Shown here one piece after another: positions 17,582 to 27,233 of a DNA stretch of 64,000 nucleotides (positions within the stretch are counted from its first letter, which is position 1; each line of letters begins with the position of its first letter). Source of the DNA: a virus (Duplodnaviria; Caudoviricetes); the IMG/VR virus record IMGVR_UViG_3300033067_002581, positions 1 to 64,000 of that record. One strand, given 5' to 3'. The notes under the pieces are model-generated. The model was given only the letters and a program-made list of their open reading frames with translations, searched no databases and was not told the origin of the DNA. The position numbers and the translations under genes are program-made.

Positions 17582-19189
17582 TCACATCACGAGCGCTTCT
17601 TTAAACGATTCGCTGAACAGAGCGTGATTGTCTGAGTAAAATCGCTCCCAGCACCCGTCGAGTATGTACGTGTGCGCCCAGTCAGTCTCATGTCTGACGC
17701 TACGCCCGACAGCCTGCGATATCTTAGACGCGGTCATCCATGCATACCAGCGACTGTCACGAGACATCCGCTTCTTGACCCAAGAGTCATTGGCGTTTGG
17801 AAACGGCAGCTTACATATTACCTGAAACCTGCTTAGCTCATCATGAAGATCGACGCCATCAGTCATCGATGGCGAGAAAAGCACTGTGGGACCCGGGTCG
17901 CTGAGATGCTGCGCGAGCGCAGCATCTCTGTTAGTCTCGTCGTGAAAGATTGCACGAGAGTTAGGCAACGCGGCCTGTAATGCACGTGAGATCTTGTAGT
18001 TTCCTGTATGCACGATGCCTTTGCTGTCAGGATGCTCGTCGATGAGCGCTCTAACAGTCTCGATCATGATCGGCATCGTCTGAGAGACGTTCGCAAAAGA
18101 CATCTTTCCAGCGGGTGCGTATATCACTGGTCGCAGCGCTGGGTCAAATGGTGACGGCATCGATAGAAACCTCACGTTTGACTGTGAGATGCCCAACGCA
18201 GAACACATCACACGCGGATCACAGATCGTCGCCGACATCATCATGACTCTAGTCGCAAATTTGAAAAGATACGTGTCAGCGACACTAGATACGTCAGTCG
18301 GACGCAGCATCAGCCGAGCGGTTCCGTCGACATCTGACACGTCTCTAGAGATGCACCATGTATCATCAAGTAATCGAGATATGCGCGCGGCTTTTGACGC
18401 TAGTTTTGACAGCTTGTCAAGCTTCCTCGCCTCCTCTGCTGCCTGTGGTGATGAGAGCGAGGACTTAGCGAGCATCTTTATCATAAGCTGCGACGCCTTA
18501 ACAGCGTTTGATATCGGGCCAGCTAGAGACACAAGCCAATCTCTGACAGACTCTACGCTAACGTCATCTGGGATCGAGGCATTCACTAGCTTGCCAATCC
18601 CTCTCTCAGACATCTGCAACTCGGCCATAGAGCAAAGAGCGGATTCAAGCGTATGACACTCATCTATCACCATCAGAGATCGCTTATGTAGGTCCTTCGC
18701 GTACGCGACATCATTCATGAAGAACGCATAATTTGTGAGACTGATGTCAGAGTCAATGAACGCCTGCTTCGCGACCCTGTAAGCGCAGGTGTCCCGACAT
18801 GACATGTTTAACGGAGATCCAGCAGCTGACGCTATCTGCGATAGTTTTTTGGCTTCTGAGCACGTCGCTGCTAACGCTGAACACTGATATGATGATGCGC
18901 TCTTTATCGAGTGAACATGATGTCCAAAGTCTCTGACGTACTGGTCCTGTAATATCTTCTGTGATGTCAGGATATAAGCGCCAGCCTGAACATCGTCCAT
19001 CGACACCGTGTTGACAGCCATCCAGTGTGCGAGCGTCGCAGCGACAGCTGACTTGCCACAGCCGACACCCATCTCTAACATCTCAAACTTGCGCCCTGCG
19101 TCGAACGTCTCGATCGCGTGATCGATCGCTATCACCTGCTGCTCGCGTGGCGCAGAAAACGGAAACGAACCGATCCACTCGCTCTTCAT
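17582..19189 (-). CDS. DinG/XPD-family SF2 helicase
   Basis: PREQQ, GVGCGKS, DECH, Fe-S cluster Cys residues, KLPFP, QAVGRSVR. Confidence 0.92.
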   Translation of the reverse strand: MKSEWIGSFPFSAPREQQVIAIDHAIETFDAGRKFEMLEMGVGCGKSAVAATLAHWMAVNTVSMDDVQAGAYILTSQKILQDQYVRDFGHHVHSIKSASSYQCSALAATCSEAKKLSQIASAAGSPLNMSCRDTCAYRVAKQAFIDSDISLTNYAFFMNDVAYAKDLHKRSLMVIDECHTLESALCSMAELQMSERGIGKLVNASIPDDVSVESVRDWLVSLAGPISNAVKASQLMIKMLAKSSLSSPQAAEEARKLDKLSKLASKAARISRLLDDTWCISRDVSDVDGTARLMLRPTDVSSVADTYLFKFATRVMMMSATICDPRVMCSALGISQSNVRFLSMPSPFDPALRPVIYAPAGKMSFANVSQTMPIMIETVRALIDEHPDSKGIVHTGNYKISRALQAALPNSRAIFHDETNRDAALAQHLSDPGPTVLFSPSMTDGVDLHDELSRFQVICKLPFPNANDSWVKKRMSRDSRWYAWMTASKISQAVGRSVRHETDWAHTYILDGCWERFYSDNHALFSESFKEALVM

Positions 19190-20484
19190 AGCGCGTGACC
19201 AAACAGTCGCTCAGCAGCGCGCGACGTCGTCGCCTCGTACGAGCACTGCTCACGAACGATTCTGGCGAGGCGCTCTCGCTCGAGACGCAACGCCTCATCG
19301 CGCGCAGCGACAGATCTGATCAGAGACACAGCAAAATCAGTCATGTCAGAAAAATCAGGACGCGCCAGCCTGCTGAACCCAGACGCGAGCGCGAGGCGAC
19401 TGTATTCATAATTCCTGATCCAGAGCGGGACACACCCAAGCTCTATCGCTTCTCTGGAAGCTGTGCCACCGTATGAGTCCTGATCATATAGTCCAACGGC
19501 GATATGTGACAGCGACATGACAGCCTTCAGCTCGTCTCTGTTCAGGGCGTCAGGCACGAGCGTCATCGTGCCGCAAGAAGCAGCAAGCTCAGCGTTGCTG
19601 ATCTTCTGCGAAGGATTCCCAGCGATGATGGTGATATTCGGCGAGGCACTCACAAGAGAAGCGCGGATCGTTGGGAGGATCTCAAACAGGAATCGCCCGC
19701 AGTTTGTGTAGTCAGAGCTCCTACCTTTCACGCCAACGCGATTCGGCACAAACAGCACGACTGACGAATCATGAGCTGCTCTCAGCTTGCCGAGATCGAA
19801 ACGTATGTTTCGCTCATCAAACGGCGCCCTTATCTCAGAGGCGGAATACCCGTCATCCCAAGGCTCTGATTTCTTGCGTATGAGCGTCAGCTGATCTCTC
19901 GTCAGGAATCTTTGAGCTGACCCAAGAAAAACGTTTAACGCCGATGCGCACTGCCAGAAATTATAGTCAGCGCGTGCCGCTGCCTCAAGCTGACCGTACC
20001 ACAGAGACGCATCAGCAGGAAATTTTGGAGACTCTGGGTTATCGATGAAGTGCGAATGAACGACAAACCTTGGGCGGCGCTTCCCGTACAGCATGAACAA
20101 CGCCATGTAATTCCTTAGGTGCATCGGATCATTGATATACGCGACGTCATAAGGCTCATCGATCCCAACCTTCTGCTCATCCAGCCTCAGCGCCCGCGCC
20201 ATGTCTAGCATATCAAAATCATATCTCGTAGCGAGTGCGTTAGGTATGAGCCTCTGTTCAACGTATGAGACCCGAACATCACCGAACACGTCCTGTGAAA
20301 CATCCTCTGGCTGCGTTCGCAACCTGTCTCGTTTCGGACCTAACACCGTCACGCGTAAATCGCGACTCAGCTTCAGGAGCTCGCGAACGCGTCCTATGCA
20401 CATCTGCCATCCGCTGTCACACTCGAGCAACCACGTGCCAGATGCATCATAGTTGCTTAGCTGCGTCTGCACTAGTAGTCTCAC
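19186..20484 (-). CDS. GT-B glycosyltransferase
   Basis: VVHSHF, VLFVPNR, DSYGGTASREAIELGCVP. Confidence 0.7.
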   Translation of the reverse strand: MRLLVQTQLSNYDASGTWLLECDSGWQMCIGRVRELLKLSRDLRVTVLGPKRDRLRTQPEDVSQDVFGDVRVSYVEQRLIPNALATRYDFDMLDMARALRLDEQKVGIDEPYDVAYINDPMHLRNYMALFMLYGKRRPRFVVHSHFIDNPESPKFPADASLWYGQLEAAARADYNFWQCASALNVFLGSAQRFLTRDQLTLIRKKSEPWDDGYSASEIRAPFDERNIRFDLGKLRAAHDSSVVLFVPNRVGVKGRSSDYTNCGRFLFEILPTIRASLVSASPNITIIAGNPSQKISNAELAASCGTMTLVPDALNRDELKAVMSLSHIAVGLYDQDSYGGTASREAIELGCVPLWIRNYEYSRLALASGFSRLARPDFSDMTDFAVSLIRSVAARDEALRLERERLARIVREQCSYEATTSRAAERLFGHAL

Positions 20485-20843
20485 AGCATCTCCTTCATCA
20501 CCCTGCTGATCTCACGAGCAATGACATCAGCGTGACACGCAGGTGGGTCAAGCGGCGCTCGAAGCTGGTGAGAGCACCAGCAAAGCAGTGTCAAATCCTC
20601 GTCATTATCGTAACAAACGCGTGCCAACCTTAGCACTTCCGCTCTTTGAGGTGACGAGGCGTCTGACATCCATGAGCGCATGAGCGCATCATACATCATA
20701 ACCGCCTCGCGAACGGTGTCGACTCTGATGCTCGCGGTACCCGCCTTATGAGATGCTGGGTTACCTAACACGCTCGGCCTGCCGACGTAGTGACCGCTGT
20801 GTTTTTTCACGTGTCCGATCAGGATACCCAACACGTCCTCCAT
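20481..20843 (-). CDS. DUF4326 family protein
   Basis: YVGRPSVLGNP, LLCWC, CHADVI. Confidence 0.85.
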   Translation of the reverse strand: MEDVLGILIGHVKKHSGHYVGRPSVLGNPASHKAGTASIRVDTVREAVMMYDALMRSWMSDASSPQRAEVLRLARVCYDNDEDLTLLCWCSHQLRAPLDPPACHADVIAREISRVMKEML

Positions 20844-21040
20844 TTATACCACCGCTCATCAGCTGCGCTGATGTCAAAGATCGCAAACGGATGTGACGCA
20901 TCTCCAGTGGCTGACGCAGCGACATATATGTCACGATCAATGCTGATGATGATCACGGGAAACTTGATGTACTCAGACGTGATCATGGATCCGACTGACG
21001 CATCAGCGAGAAACGCCTCGTGCACTAACGTCCGCATCAT
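20819..21040 (-). CDS. Hypothetical protein
   Basis: Fills the gap in a coupled operon. Confidence 0.4.
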   Translation of the reverse strand: MMRTLVHEAFLADASVGSMITSEYIKFPVIIISIDRDIYVAASATGDASHPFAIFDISAADERWYKWRTCWVS

Positions 21041-21663
21041 AAGTCAATGACGATCGGCGCGTTGATTGGTTCGTAACCGCCATTACACGATGCGGCGTTC
21101 ACAAACATCGTCTCTCCGATAACCTTCGTGCCATAGCACTCGTGTATGTGACCGAAGATATGAAGTCGTGGTCTGATCTCACTGACAACAACAGCTAGAT
21201 CAGCGCACCCAACGTGCACCTCGCCAGGCGCTGTGTCCATGATACTATCAGGCGGGCTGTGAGTCACGAGCACGTCTGTGTCAGCAGGGATCTTTGCCCA
21301 CACATCAGCGAGTGGCTTGCCTCTTGGCAGGTTAAAGGCCCAGCTGTGAAACTCGGGTTGCCATGGAGAACCATAGACCTTGAACCCGTCGACGATCACG
21401 TAGCTGTCCTGCAAGTACGTCACGCCGGCTGATTCAACGAGATCCTGAAACTGCTCTCTGTGATCCTGGAACCCGAAATCGTGATTTCCGGCGACAAAGA
21501 TCTTCACCCTGTGCGGCAGGCGTGACATGTCTCGCGCGAACTCATACACCTGCCTGTGAGTCCCTCTGTTTGTAGCATCACCAGCGTGGATCAGGACGTC
21601 GCCGTCTGGAATTGCGATCTTATTCAGCATGCCATGCGTATCAGAGATGCATACGACTCTCAT
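21037..21663 (-). CDS. Calcineurin-like metallophosphoesterase
   Basis: SDTHG, HAGD, GNHD, THSPP, FGHIHE. Confidence 0.92.
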   Translation of the reverse strand: MRVVCISDTHGMLNKIAIPDGDVLIHAGDATNRGTHRQVYEFARDMSRLPHRVKIFVAGNHDFGFQDHREQFQDLVESAGVTYLQDSYVIVDGFKVYGSPWQPEFHSWAFNLPRGKPLADVWAKIPADTDVLVTHSPPDSIMDTAPGEVHVGCADLAVVVSEIRPRLHIFGHIHECYGTKVIGETMFVNAASCNGGYEPINAPIVIDL

Positions 21664-22224
21664 CTATCGCTCCTGTCTCATCGCCGCTGAGATGACCTCG
21701 CGCAGCGCGATCGCTCTTGGTGATATCCTGTCCTTCAGAGCTGAAGGCATCTGAGCGATCGTCTGGTTCTGAAACCCATCTGGGCAGAAGATGCAGTCAT
21801 GCCCAAAACCCTCACCGCCTCGCGGCGTCATCGATATTTTGCCGTGTAGCCTGCTCTCATGCTCATAGACGTGACCGTCTTTTGTCGCGATCATGGCTGC
21901 GCATGTCATAATGGCTGAGCGATCGCTGAACCCATCGAGCGCGCGACAGATCGATTCATAGCCTCCAAGCTCATTCCAGAATTTGATGAGCGCGCCCGGG
22001 AAGCGCCCGAGAGCGATGAGCTCAAGGCCACAGTCCTCGACGAGGACGTCGTCATGCGTGATCGCGAGCGCAGATAGCGCCTTGCAGCGAGCGACATCAG
22101 CGCAGCTATGTGACTGGATCTCTGGGATCTCCATCCTCGCGTGTCTCAGATCAACACCAGTGATCCTGCGAGCCTCACGCAATTTCTGAATGTTACTCGT
22201 CACAAATGCAAGATTTGCTGTCAC
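21664..22224 (-). CDS. HAM1/ITPase-family non-canonical NTP pyrophosphatase
   Basis: FVTSNIQKLRE, PEIQ, VEDCGL, PGALIK, GFGHDCIF, ISPR; GGAGG upstream of GTG 22224. Confidence 0.88.
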   Translation of the reverse strand: MTANLAFVTSNIQKLREARRITGVDLRHARMEIPEIQSHSCADVARCKALSALAITHDDVLVEDCGLELIALGRFPGALIKFWNELGGYESICRALDGFSDRSAIMTCAAMIATKDGHVYEHESRLHGKISMTPRGGEGFGHDCIFCPDGFQNQTIAQMPSALKDRISPRAIALREVISAAMRQER

Positions 22225-22570
22225 AGCGCGCCTCCAGCCCACGAGAGCGAATGTCGTCAACATAGCGTTTAACATCAGATCTTTTGCTCTCACTCAGGTC
22301 TGATAAATCTATCATCACTTCAGGATCGTTCATGATCGCCAACTCGACGCTAAGCGTCCTGATGTTAACCTTTTGACCGGCTGTGGTGATCCTCACGCCA
22401 ATGACGTTATAATCATCACGTTTCTCATCTCGAACGAGCACCTGTAGCGCGCCATCATAATACGCTGGCACGGCGTCAACGCTTATGATATCCTCGTTCG
22501 AGACGCAGCAGTTCATCTCACCGCTAGGATCTGCAGCCTGAAGCGCGGCGACCAGCCGCGCGGTCTTCAT
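22193..22570 (-). CDS. Hypothetical protein
   Basis: ATGA-coupled ORF. Confidence 0.6.
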   Translation of the reverse strand: MKTARLVAALQAADPSGEMNCCVSNEDIISVDAVPAYYDGALQVLVRDEKRDDYNVIGVRITTAGQKVNIRTLSVELAIMNDPEVMIDLSDLSESKRSDVKRYVDDIRSRGLEARCDSKSCICDE

Positions 22571-23187
22571 GAAGAGCTCCTTTTTGGAGATGACGTGACC
22601 TGGATGCGATCAGATCGCTCTTCCGTCGATCTGGCACGCTTCGCAAGCGTGATGAACGTTTTCACGTCGCTGACCTGTCGCTCTATGTCCTCATCATCAA
22701 CGTACAGCGTCAGGGTGCTACACTTCGTGAAATCACGAGCAAAAGCTGCATACAGTGCGTCGAGCTCGGCTAGCCTCTCAGAGTCTATCGACTCATCGAT
22801 GTCATCAGCGAGACCTGCGTACGTCTCACGACGACACAGCACTATGACCGCGCCGATTGCTGCATATGAATCATCCTCAGCGCGAAGTATCTCGTGATCT
22901 GTCTCTCTACCAGTCATCGAGGAGTAGACAAGCTCACATGGATAGCCTCTGTCAAAGATGACGGACACTCCTGTCTGCGTGATGAAATCAGCGACGCGCA
23001 TGTCAGCGTATCGTAACTGGTTTATGAACCTGCTACGATCCGATCTGAACGTGTCTCGCTCGCTTGACGCCTTGAAGTATGGAACACTTAGCGCCGCTGC
23101 GGTCGCGCGAGCTATGTTCGTCTTACCTGTCCTGTCAGGACCCACAAAGAAAACGACCGTCTGTTCCAACTGTCCTCCGTTACGCAA
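22567..23187 (-). CDS. dNMP kinase (thymidylate-kinase fold)
   Basis: GPDRTGKT, IFDRGYPCELVY. Confidence 0.85.
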   Translation of the reverse strand: MRNGGQLEQTVVFFVGPDRTGKTNIARATAAALSVPYFKASSERDTFRSDRSRFINQLRYADMRVADFITQTGVSVIFDRGYPCELVYSSMTGRETDHEILRAEDDSYAAIGAVIVLCRRETYAGLADDIDESIDSERLAELDALYAAFARDFTKCSTLTLYVDDEDIERQVSDVKTFITLAKRARSTEERSDRIQVTSSPKRSSS

Positions 23188-24706
23188 GGTACACGAGCCT
23201 GTTCGTCGAGTATCCGAACGTCGACCTCTCTAAAGGAGCCATGGCGATCGCCAGCTTCTTAGGAGGTGCTGACGCGTTCCACACATAAAGCTTGTGTGCG
23301 CGACCTACAGGTCCGGTGGCGTCGATCAGGAAGTACGGCTTGCCCTTCTTAGATTTCTTGAGAGTGAAGTTGCTGACGCAAAACCACGCGACGTCTCCCT
23401 CCTCGTCCTCAACGTCATCTATTGATGGGACATTACGCTCGACAAGCTTCTGCATGACTCGCTCAGGGACGAGCAGAGAGACATCAGCTGCGCCGACCAC
23501 GCTCATCACGTTCTTTAGTCGCTCCTCTCGCGTCCACGTCTCAGAATCGAGCGTCTCGATCGCCAAGGCTCTCATCCTGTCGCGACCCTGCCACGGGTTT
23601 TTCTTCGTGTGCTTCTTCATCTCTTCCCAGTGACCGATGATCACCGAGTGCATATGCTTGTAACTAGAGAATATTCGCCCATCACCGACACATTTCAGAG
23701 AGTCGAGGCCCTCGACGAGGATCAGCGCCTCGAGCGATTTTTTGTTAAACTTTGATGGGCGCCACGACCCGTCTGGGTTCCAGAGCATCTCCTCTATCGA
23801 GGAGAACGGTCGCCTCTCGAGGATCTCGTCTATCGCTGTGTCTCCGATCCCCTTATAGGATCCGAACGACGGCACCAATACCCTGTTGCCCAGCGATGAC
23901 CAGCACCTGTTCGCATAGTTGACGTCAACGTTGCTGAGCTTGTATCCAAGGGAGCGCACCTCAGCGAAAGCCTTTGCGCGATCCTTTGGATTGTTCGACA
24001 TTGATTGGAGGTACGCGCAGGCCCACTCGTCCTCGTGGTATGTCATGAGCCATGCGCAGAAATAGCTGTCAATGGCATACGATACTGCGTGCGCCTTATT
24101 GAACCCGTAGCCAGCGAACCACAGGATCCTGTCATACAGGTTCTCTGCGACGGACTTGTCATATGAGTTCGCGACTGCGCCGATCACGAAGTTGTCACGC
24201 ATTGACTGCGCCTTCTTCTTTGACTCTTCACCACCACCGATCGTGCGCTTCATGATCGCTTTTCGCAGCTTGTCACACTCCTCAAGAGGCATGCCAGCTA
24301 CCTCGTGAGCTAGCTGCATGACCTGCTCCTGAAAGATGATGAGGCCATCTGTCTTTTTTAGAATCCTGTTGATGCGCAGGTCGCCCCAGTCGTACTGCTT
24401 ACCCTGCCTTGCGTCGACATACAAGTCGTCGACTTTCGCAGCGAGAGGCCCAGGTCGATAGATCGACGTCAGGGTCGCTATGTCAATGATCGATTTCGGC
24501 TTAGCTCTCTTGAAGAAGCGCTGCGCGCCCTGCTGCGTGCATTGGAAGACGCCTGCCCACTTACCCTGGTGATAGACGTTTTCATAGACGTGCTGATCGT
24601 CTAAATCAACGACGTCTGGCGCGAGGTTGTTTAAATACCAGTCCTTAGTGTCTTGGAACGCGACAGGATCGCGAGACGCATCTCTTAGCTTTGTGACAAC
24701 CGCCAT
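23180..24706 (-). CDS. dnaE: DNA polymerase III alpha, C-terminal half (fingers, HhH, OB-like)
   Basis: GVFQ, SIYRPGPL, GLIIFQEQVM, FAGYGFNKAHAVSYA, KGIG. Confidence 0.95.
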   Translation of the reverse strand: MAVVTKLRDASRDPVAFQDTKDWYLNNLAPDVVDLDDQHVYENVYHQGKWAGVFQCTQQGAQRFFKRAKPKSIIDIATLTSIYRPGPLAAKVDDLYVDARQGKQYDWGDLRINRILKKTDGLIIFQEQVMQLAHEVAGMPLEECDKLRKAIMKRTIGGGEESKKKAQSMRDNFVIGAVANSYDKSVAENLYDRILWFAGYGFNKAHAVSYAIDSYFCAWLMTYHEDEWACAYLQSMSNNPKDRAKAFAEVRSLGYKLSNVDVNYANRCWSSLGNRVLVPSFGSYKGIGDTAIDEILERRPFSSIEEMLWNPDGSWRPSKFNKKSLEALILVEGLDSLKCVGDGRIFSSYKHMHSVIIGHWEEMKKHTKKNPWQGRDRMRALAIETLDSETWTREERLKNVMSVVGAADVSLLVPERVMQKLVERNVPSIDDVEDEEGDVAWFCVSNFTLKKSKKGKPYFLIDATGPVGRAHKLYVWNASAPPKKLAIAMAPLERSTFGYSTNRLVYLA

Positions 24707-24715
24707 GATTCATAT

Positions 24716-24744
24716 ACTGTACCACAGTCGCGCGCGGGATGCAT
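24716..24744 (-). promoter_or_regulatory. Putative promoter ATGCAT-17-TACAGT for the dnaE C-half
   Basis: Recurrent motif with TG extension; ATG 9 nt downstream. Confidence 0.55.
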
Positions 24745-24777
24745 TATGTTACGTGTCAGCCTCCTATTTAGGAGATC

Positions 24778-25203
24778 ATGATGATGAAGACGCAACGACA
24801 CAAAGACGCCCCACTCCTTCTTACGCTCATCCGTGAGGCCGCGAGAGCCAACAGCTCTCTGCCACCAGAACTTTTACAGCTGATTGGTAGCGCGCCGTTA
24901 AAGGTCACAAAGGACAAGGACAGAGACAGATGGATCGCTGAGGCAAGATTCAGTGAAAAGAAGAGAGCTGAGCAGGGTAAGATGACTCGCGCCTGGGAAA
25001 GGATCACAGCGACCGTCAAAAAGAAACCATGGAAGCGTGTGGAGGCTAGCTCAAGCGGGTGGAACGGTCAGACTGACACGGGCGGAAACTTCTCAAGAGA
25101 TGAGATAGCGTTCAAACACAAGGACGGGTTGAGCGTAAAACTGTCTCACCACGTCTCGTTCTCGACAGGGATGAAGAGCTGGACGATCGTCGCGTGGCGC
25201 TAG
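24778..25203 (+). CDS. Basic hypothetical late protein
   Basis: CTATTTA and AGGAG upstream; LLTLIRE motif. Confidence 0.7.
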   Translation: MMMKTQRHKDAPLLLTLIREAARANSSLPPELLQLIGSAPLKVTKDKDRDRWIAEARFSEKKRAEQGKMTRAWERITATVKKKPWKRVEASSSGWNGQTDTGGNFSRDEIAFKHKDGLSVKLSHHVSFSTGMKSWTIVAWR

Positions 25204-26180
25204 GCGACGTCATTAAACATGTCAGCGATCTCTTTTCGCGACATGCCTGTAGCGATCGACCATGACCTCCACATCGGGTTCTCTAAGAAGAACCCGGCGC
25301 TGTCTGCTCTTCCGCTGCTTCGATACGCAACGATCGCTTCCGTCATATCTTTGAACGCCTGATCAGCTGACGTAACATCTGAAGGCATCTCAGAAGAGGC
25401 GCCTGCGTCATCAGCTAGCATCGCGCTGAGCCTCGCGTCAGCCTTGCCCGGGTGAGATGCGTTATCGCGATATCTCTGCCCGGCTGACGCGTGAACCTCT
25501 CCAGTCTCATCGTCTATGACATCCTCAGCTGAGATCTCGTCTGGGTCGCGAGATCGAACGAACGCTCTCGCGCTAGCAGCGGTCGGGTATGACGCCTCTT
25601 TTAGCAGCGACTTCAGCGTGATGACCGACTCACGAGTGAGCTTCATCGCCTCGTACGCGAGGTCAGCGATAGCGTCCTTCATCTCAACTCGCGTCATGCC
25701 GAGATCAAACGCCCACCTGCGCCAATCTGGATAAACGGCGAAGAACCCCTCGGCTCCGTCCGCGGCAGCGTCAGCCGCGACGTCAGTGCTCTCTGAGTCA
25801 TACGAGTCGCCAGCGTCATCAGCGAATCCAGTGAACCCATCGCAGAATTCCTTGACGGCTGCTTCATACTCTGCTCGAGACGTCTCCTTTTCGTCGACAT
25901 CATCGTCATCGTCGATGTCATCACCGTATATCTCATCCCACATACCCACGCGACGAGCGTACTGTTCATCGTGAATCGCTCGTTTGTCATCTGGCACGTG
26001 CTCAGGCGAGAGTGGCGAGGTGTGAAACGGCTGACCTTCCTCTAGGAAGACCTCGTTCGTCTCTTCGTCAATGATATCATATGACGCGACATCGTCTCCG
26101 TCATGAGACGCGATCAGCTCCTTAGCGTCTGCCTCTGACATGTACCGCTCATGTGAGCGTGACTCTCTCATCTTTTTCAT
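25200..26180 (-). CDS. Acidic protein with two tandem repeat modules
   Basis: DIIDEETNEV / DVIDDETGEV and GFF...WRRW...GMTR / GFF...WRSW...GMSR; ATAGATA upstream. Confidence 0.75.
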   Translation of the reverse strand: MKKMRESRSHERYMSEADAKELIASHDGDDVASYDIIDEETNEVFLEEGQPFHTSPLSPEHVPDDKRAIHDEQYARRVGMWDEIYGDDIDDDDDVDEKETSRAEYEAAVKEFCDGFTGFADDAGDSYDSESTDVAADAAADGAEGFFAVYPDWRRWAFDLGMTRVEMKDAIADLAYEAMKLTRESVITLKSLLKEASYPTAASARAFVRSRDPDEISAEDVIDDETGEVHASAGQRYRDNASHPGKADARLSAMLADDAGASSEMPSDVTSADQAFKDMTEAIVAYRSSGRADSAGFFLENPMWRSWSIATGMSRKEIADMFNDVA

Positions 26181-26202
26181 GAGAGATATCTATGCTGATC
26201 AC

Positions 26203-26442
26203 CTAACGCCCGTTGCCACGAAGCGGGCACCATGACGGAGGAGGCGTCGTCTCTCTTTTCGTGTTATACGGGCGGCAGGCGTTTGTCACAGTCCTACGGT
26301 TGAGCGAGTCATGAGCGCACATGACAGCTACGTCATCAGAGCAGAACCAGTCATGCGGGTCTGGGTCGCTTGACACCCGATGATGTGGGCAGTCAACGCA
26401 ACTATCGATCTTGACGTTTAGCGTAACGCTGTGATCTCTCAT
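26203..26442 (-). CDS. Small Cys-rich hypothetical protein
   Basis: CVDCPH...WFC...C...WCPL; leaderless promoter upstream. Confidence 0.7.
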   Translation of the reverse strand: MRDHSVTLNVKIDSCVDCPHHRVSSDPDPHDWFCSDDVAVMCAHDSLNRRTVTNACRPYNTKRETTPPPSWCPLRGNGR

Positions 26443-26448
26443 ACATGG

Positions 26449-26477
26449 ATCGTATCACGCACGCCAGAGTGTTACAC
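26449..26477 (-). promoter_or_regulatory. Putative promoter GTGTAA-17-TACGAT, leaderless
   Basis: Recurrent motif, ATG 6 nt downstream. Confidence 0.6.
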
Positions 26478-26580
26478 AGTGTGCACGAGCATGGTTCCAG
26501 GCGGCCGGCGTAGAATCTGTGAAGTTGCTTATAGGCTCAAGTCAACAGGTGAACTGGTGACACGAGGTCACACATCACCG

Positions 26581-27231
26581 TTAGAAAAACGTTCGAAGGA
26601 TGAGTTCAACGACAAACGCGACCATCGCGACTGATAGCGCCCTAGTCAGCCATTTGGCTCTGGTGTCAGACTTACTCAGTCTCTCAGAGAGACCTGAGAG
26701 CTTTTCCTTCAGCGCTCTGGACTCGACGAGCGCGTCGAATCTATCATGCGTCCACTTATCAGCGTGATCCGCTGGAAGCTCGCCAGCATGGCGCTGCGCC
26801 CACCAGTCACACAACCTCGTGAGCTGCTTCGCTGCCTCACGCACCAGATCGTCTGATGGCTCACCAGGCGTCCACCTGTGGACGATCGCTGGGCAGGCGC
26901 CGTCGCACCATACGAAGTGCATCGCATCGAGCTGCAAGTCCTTCTGCTTTACGAGGTCGCTAGCAGCTGCGGCGGCGAGCTTGAGCTCGCGCACTTCATG
27001 CTGAAGTCTGGTCATCAGCGCTAGCTTCTCAGGTGACTCAAGCCTGCTTCGCTGACCATACACTGAGCTCGTTGGAAGCGTCGTCGAGCTCAGCGGCTCA
27101 CCACCCGCTAGGCGCAGGTCATCTTCTGTCGTAAAGACTCGATTGACGCGCCAGGCGCCGTTAGCATACTCTAACAGAGGGTACACATCGTGCTGTTCAG
27201 CGTTCTGCATTTGATCACCCTGACGCGTCAT
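26581..27231 (-). CDS. Coiled-coil protein with C-terminal membrane anchor
   Basis: Heptad stretches; C-terminal ALSVAMVAFVVELILRTFF. Confidence 0.65.
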   Translation of the reverse strand: MTRQGDQMQNAEQHDVYPLLEYANGAWRVNRVFTTEDDLRLAGGEPLSSTTLPTSSVYGQRSRLESPEKLALMTRLQHEVRELKLAAAAASDLVKQKDLQLDAMHFVWCDGACPAIVHRWTPGEPSDDLVREAAKQLTRLCDWWAQRHAGELPADHADKWTHDRFDALVESRALKEKLSGLSERLSKSDTRAKWLTRALSVAMVAFVVELILRTFF

Positions 27232-27233
27232 AC

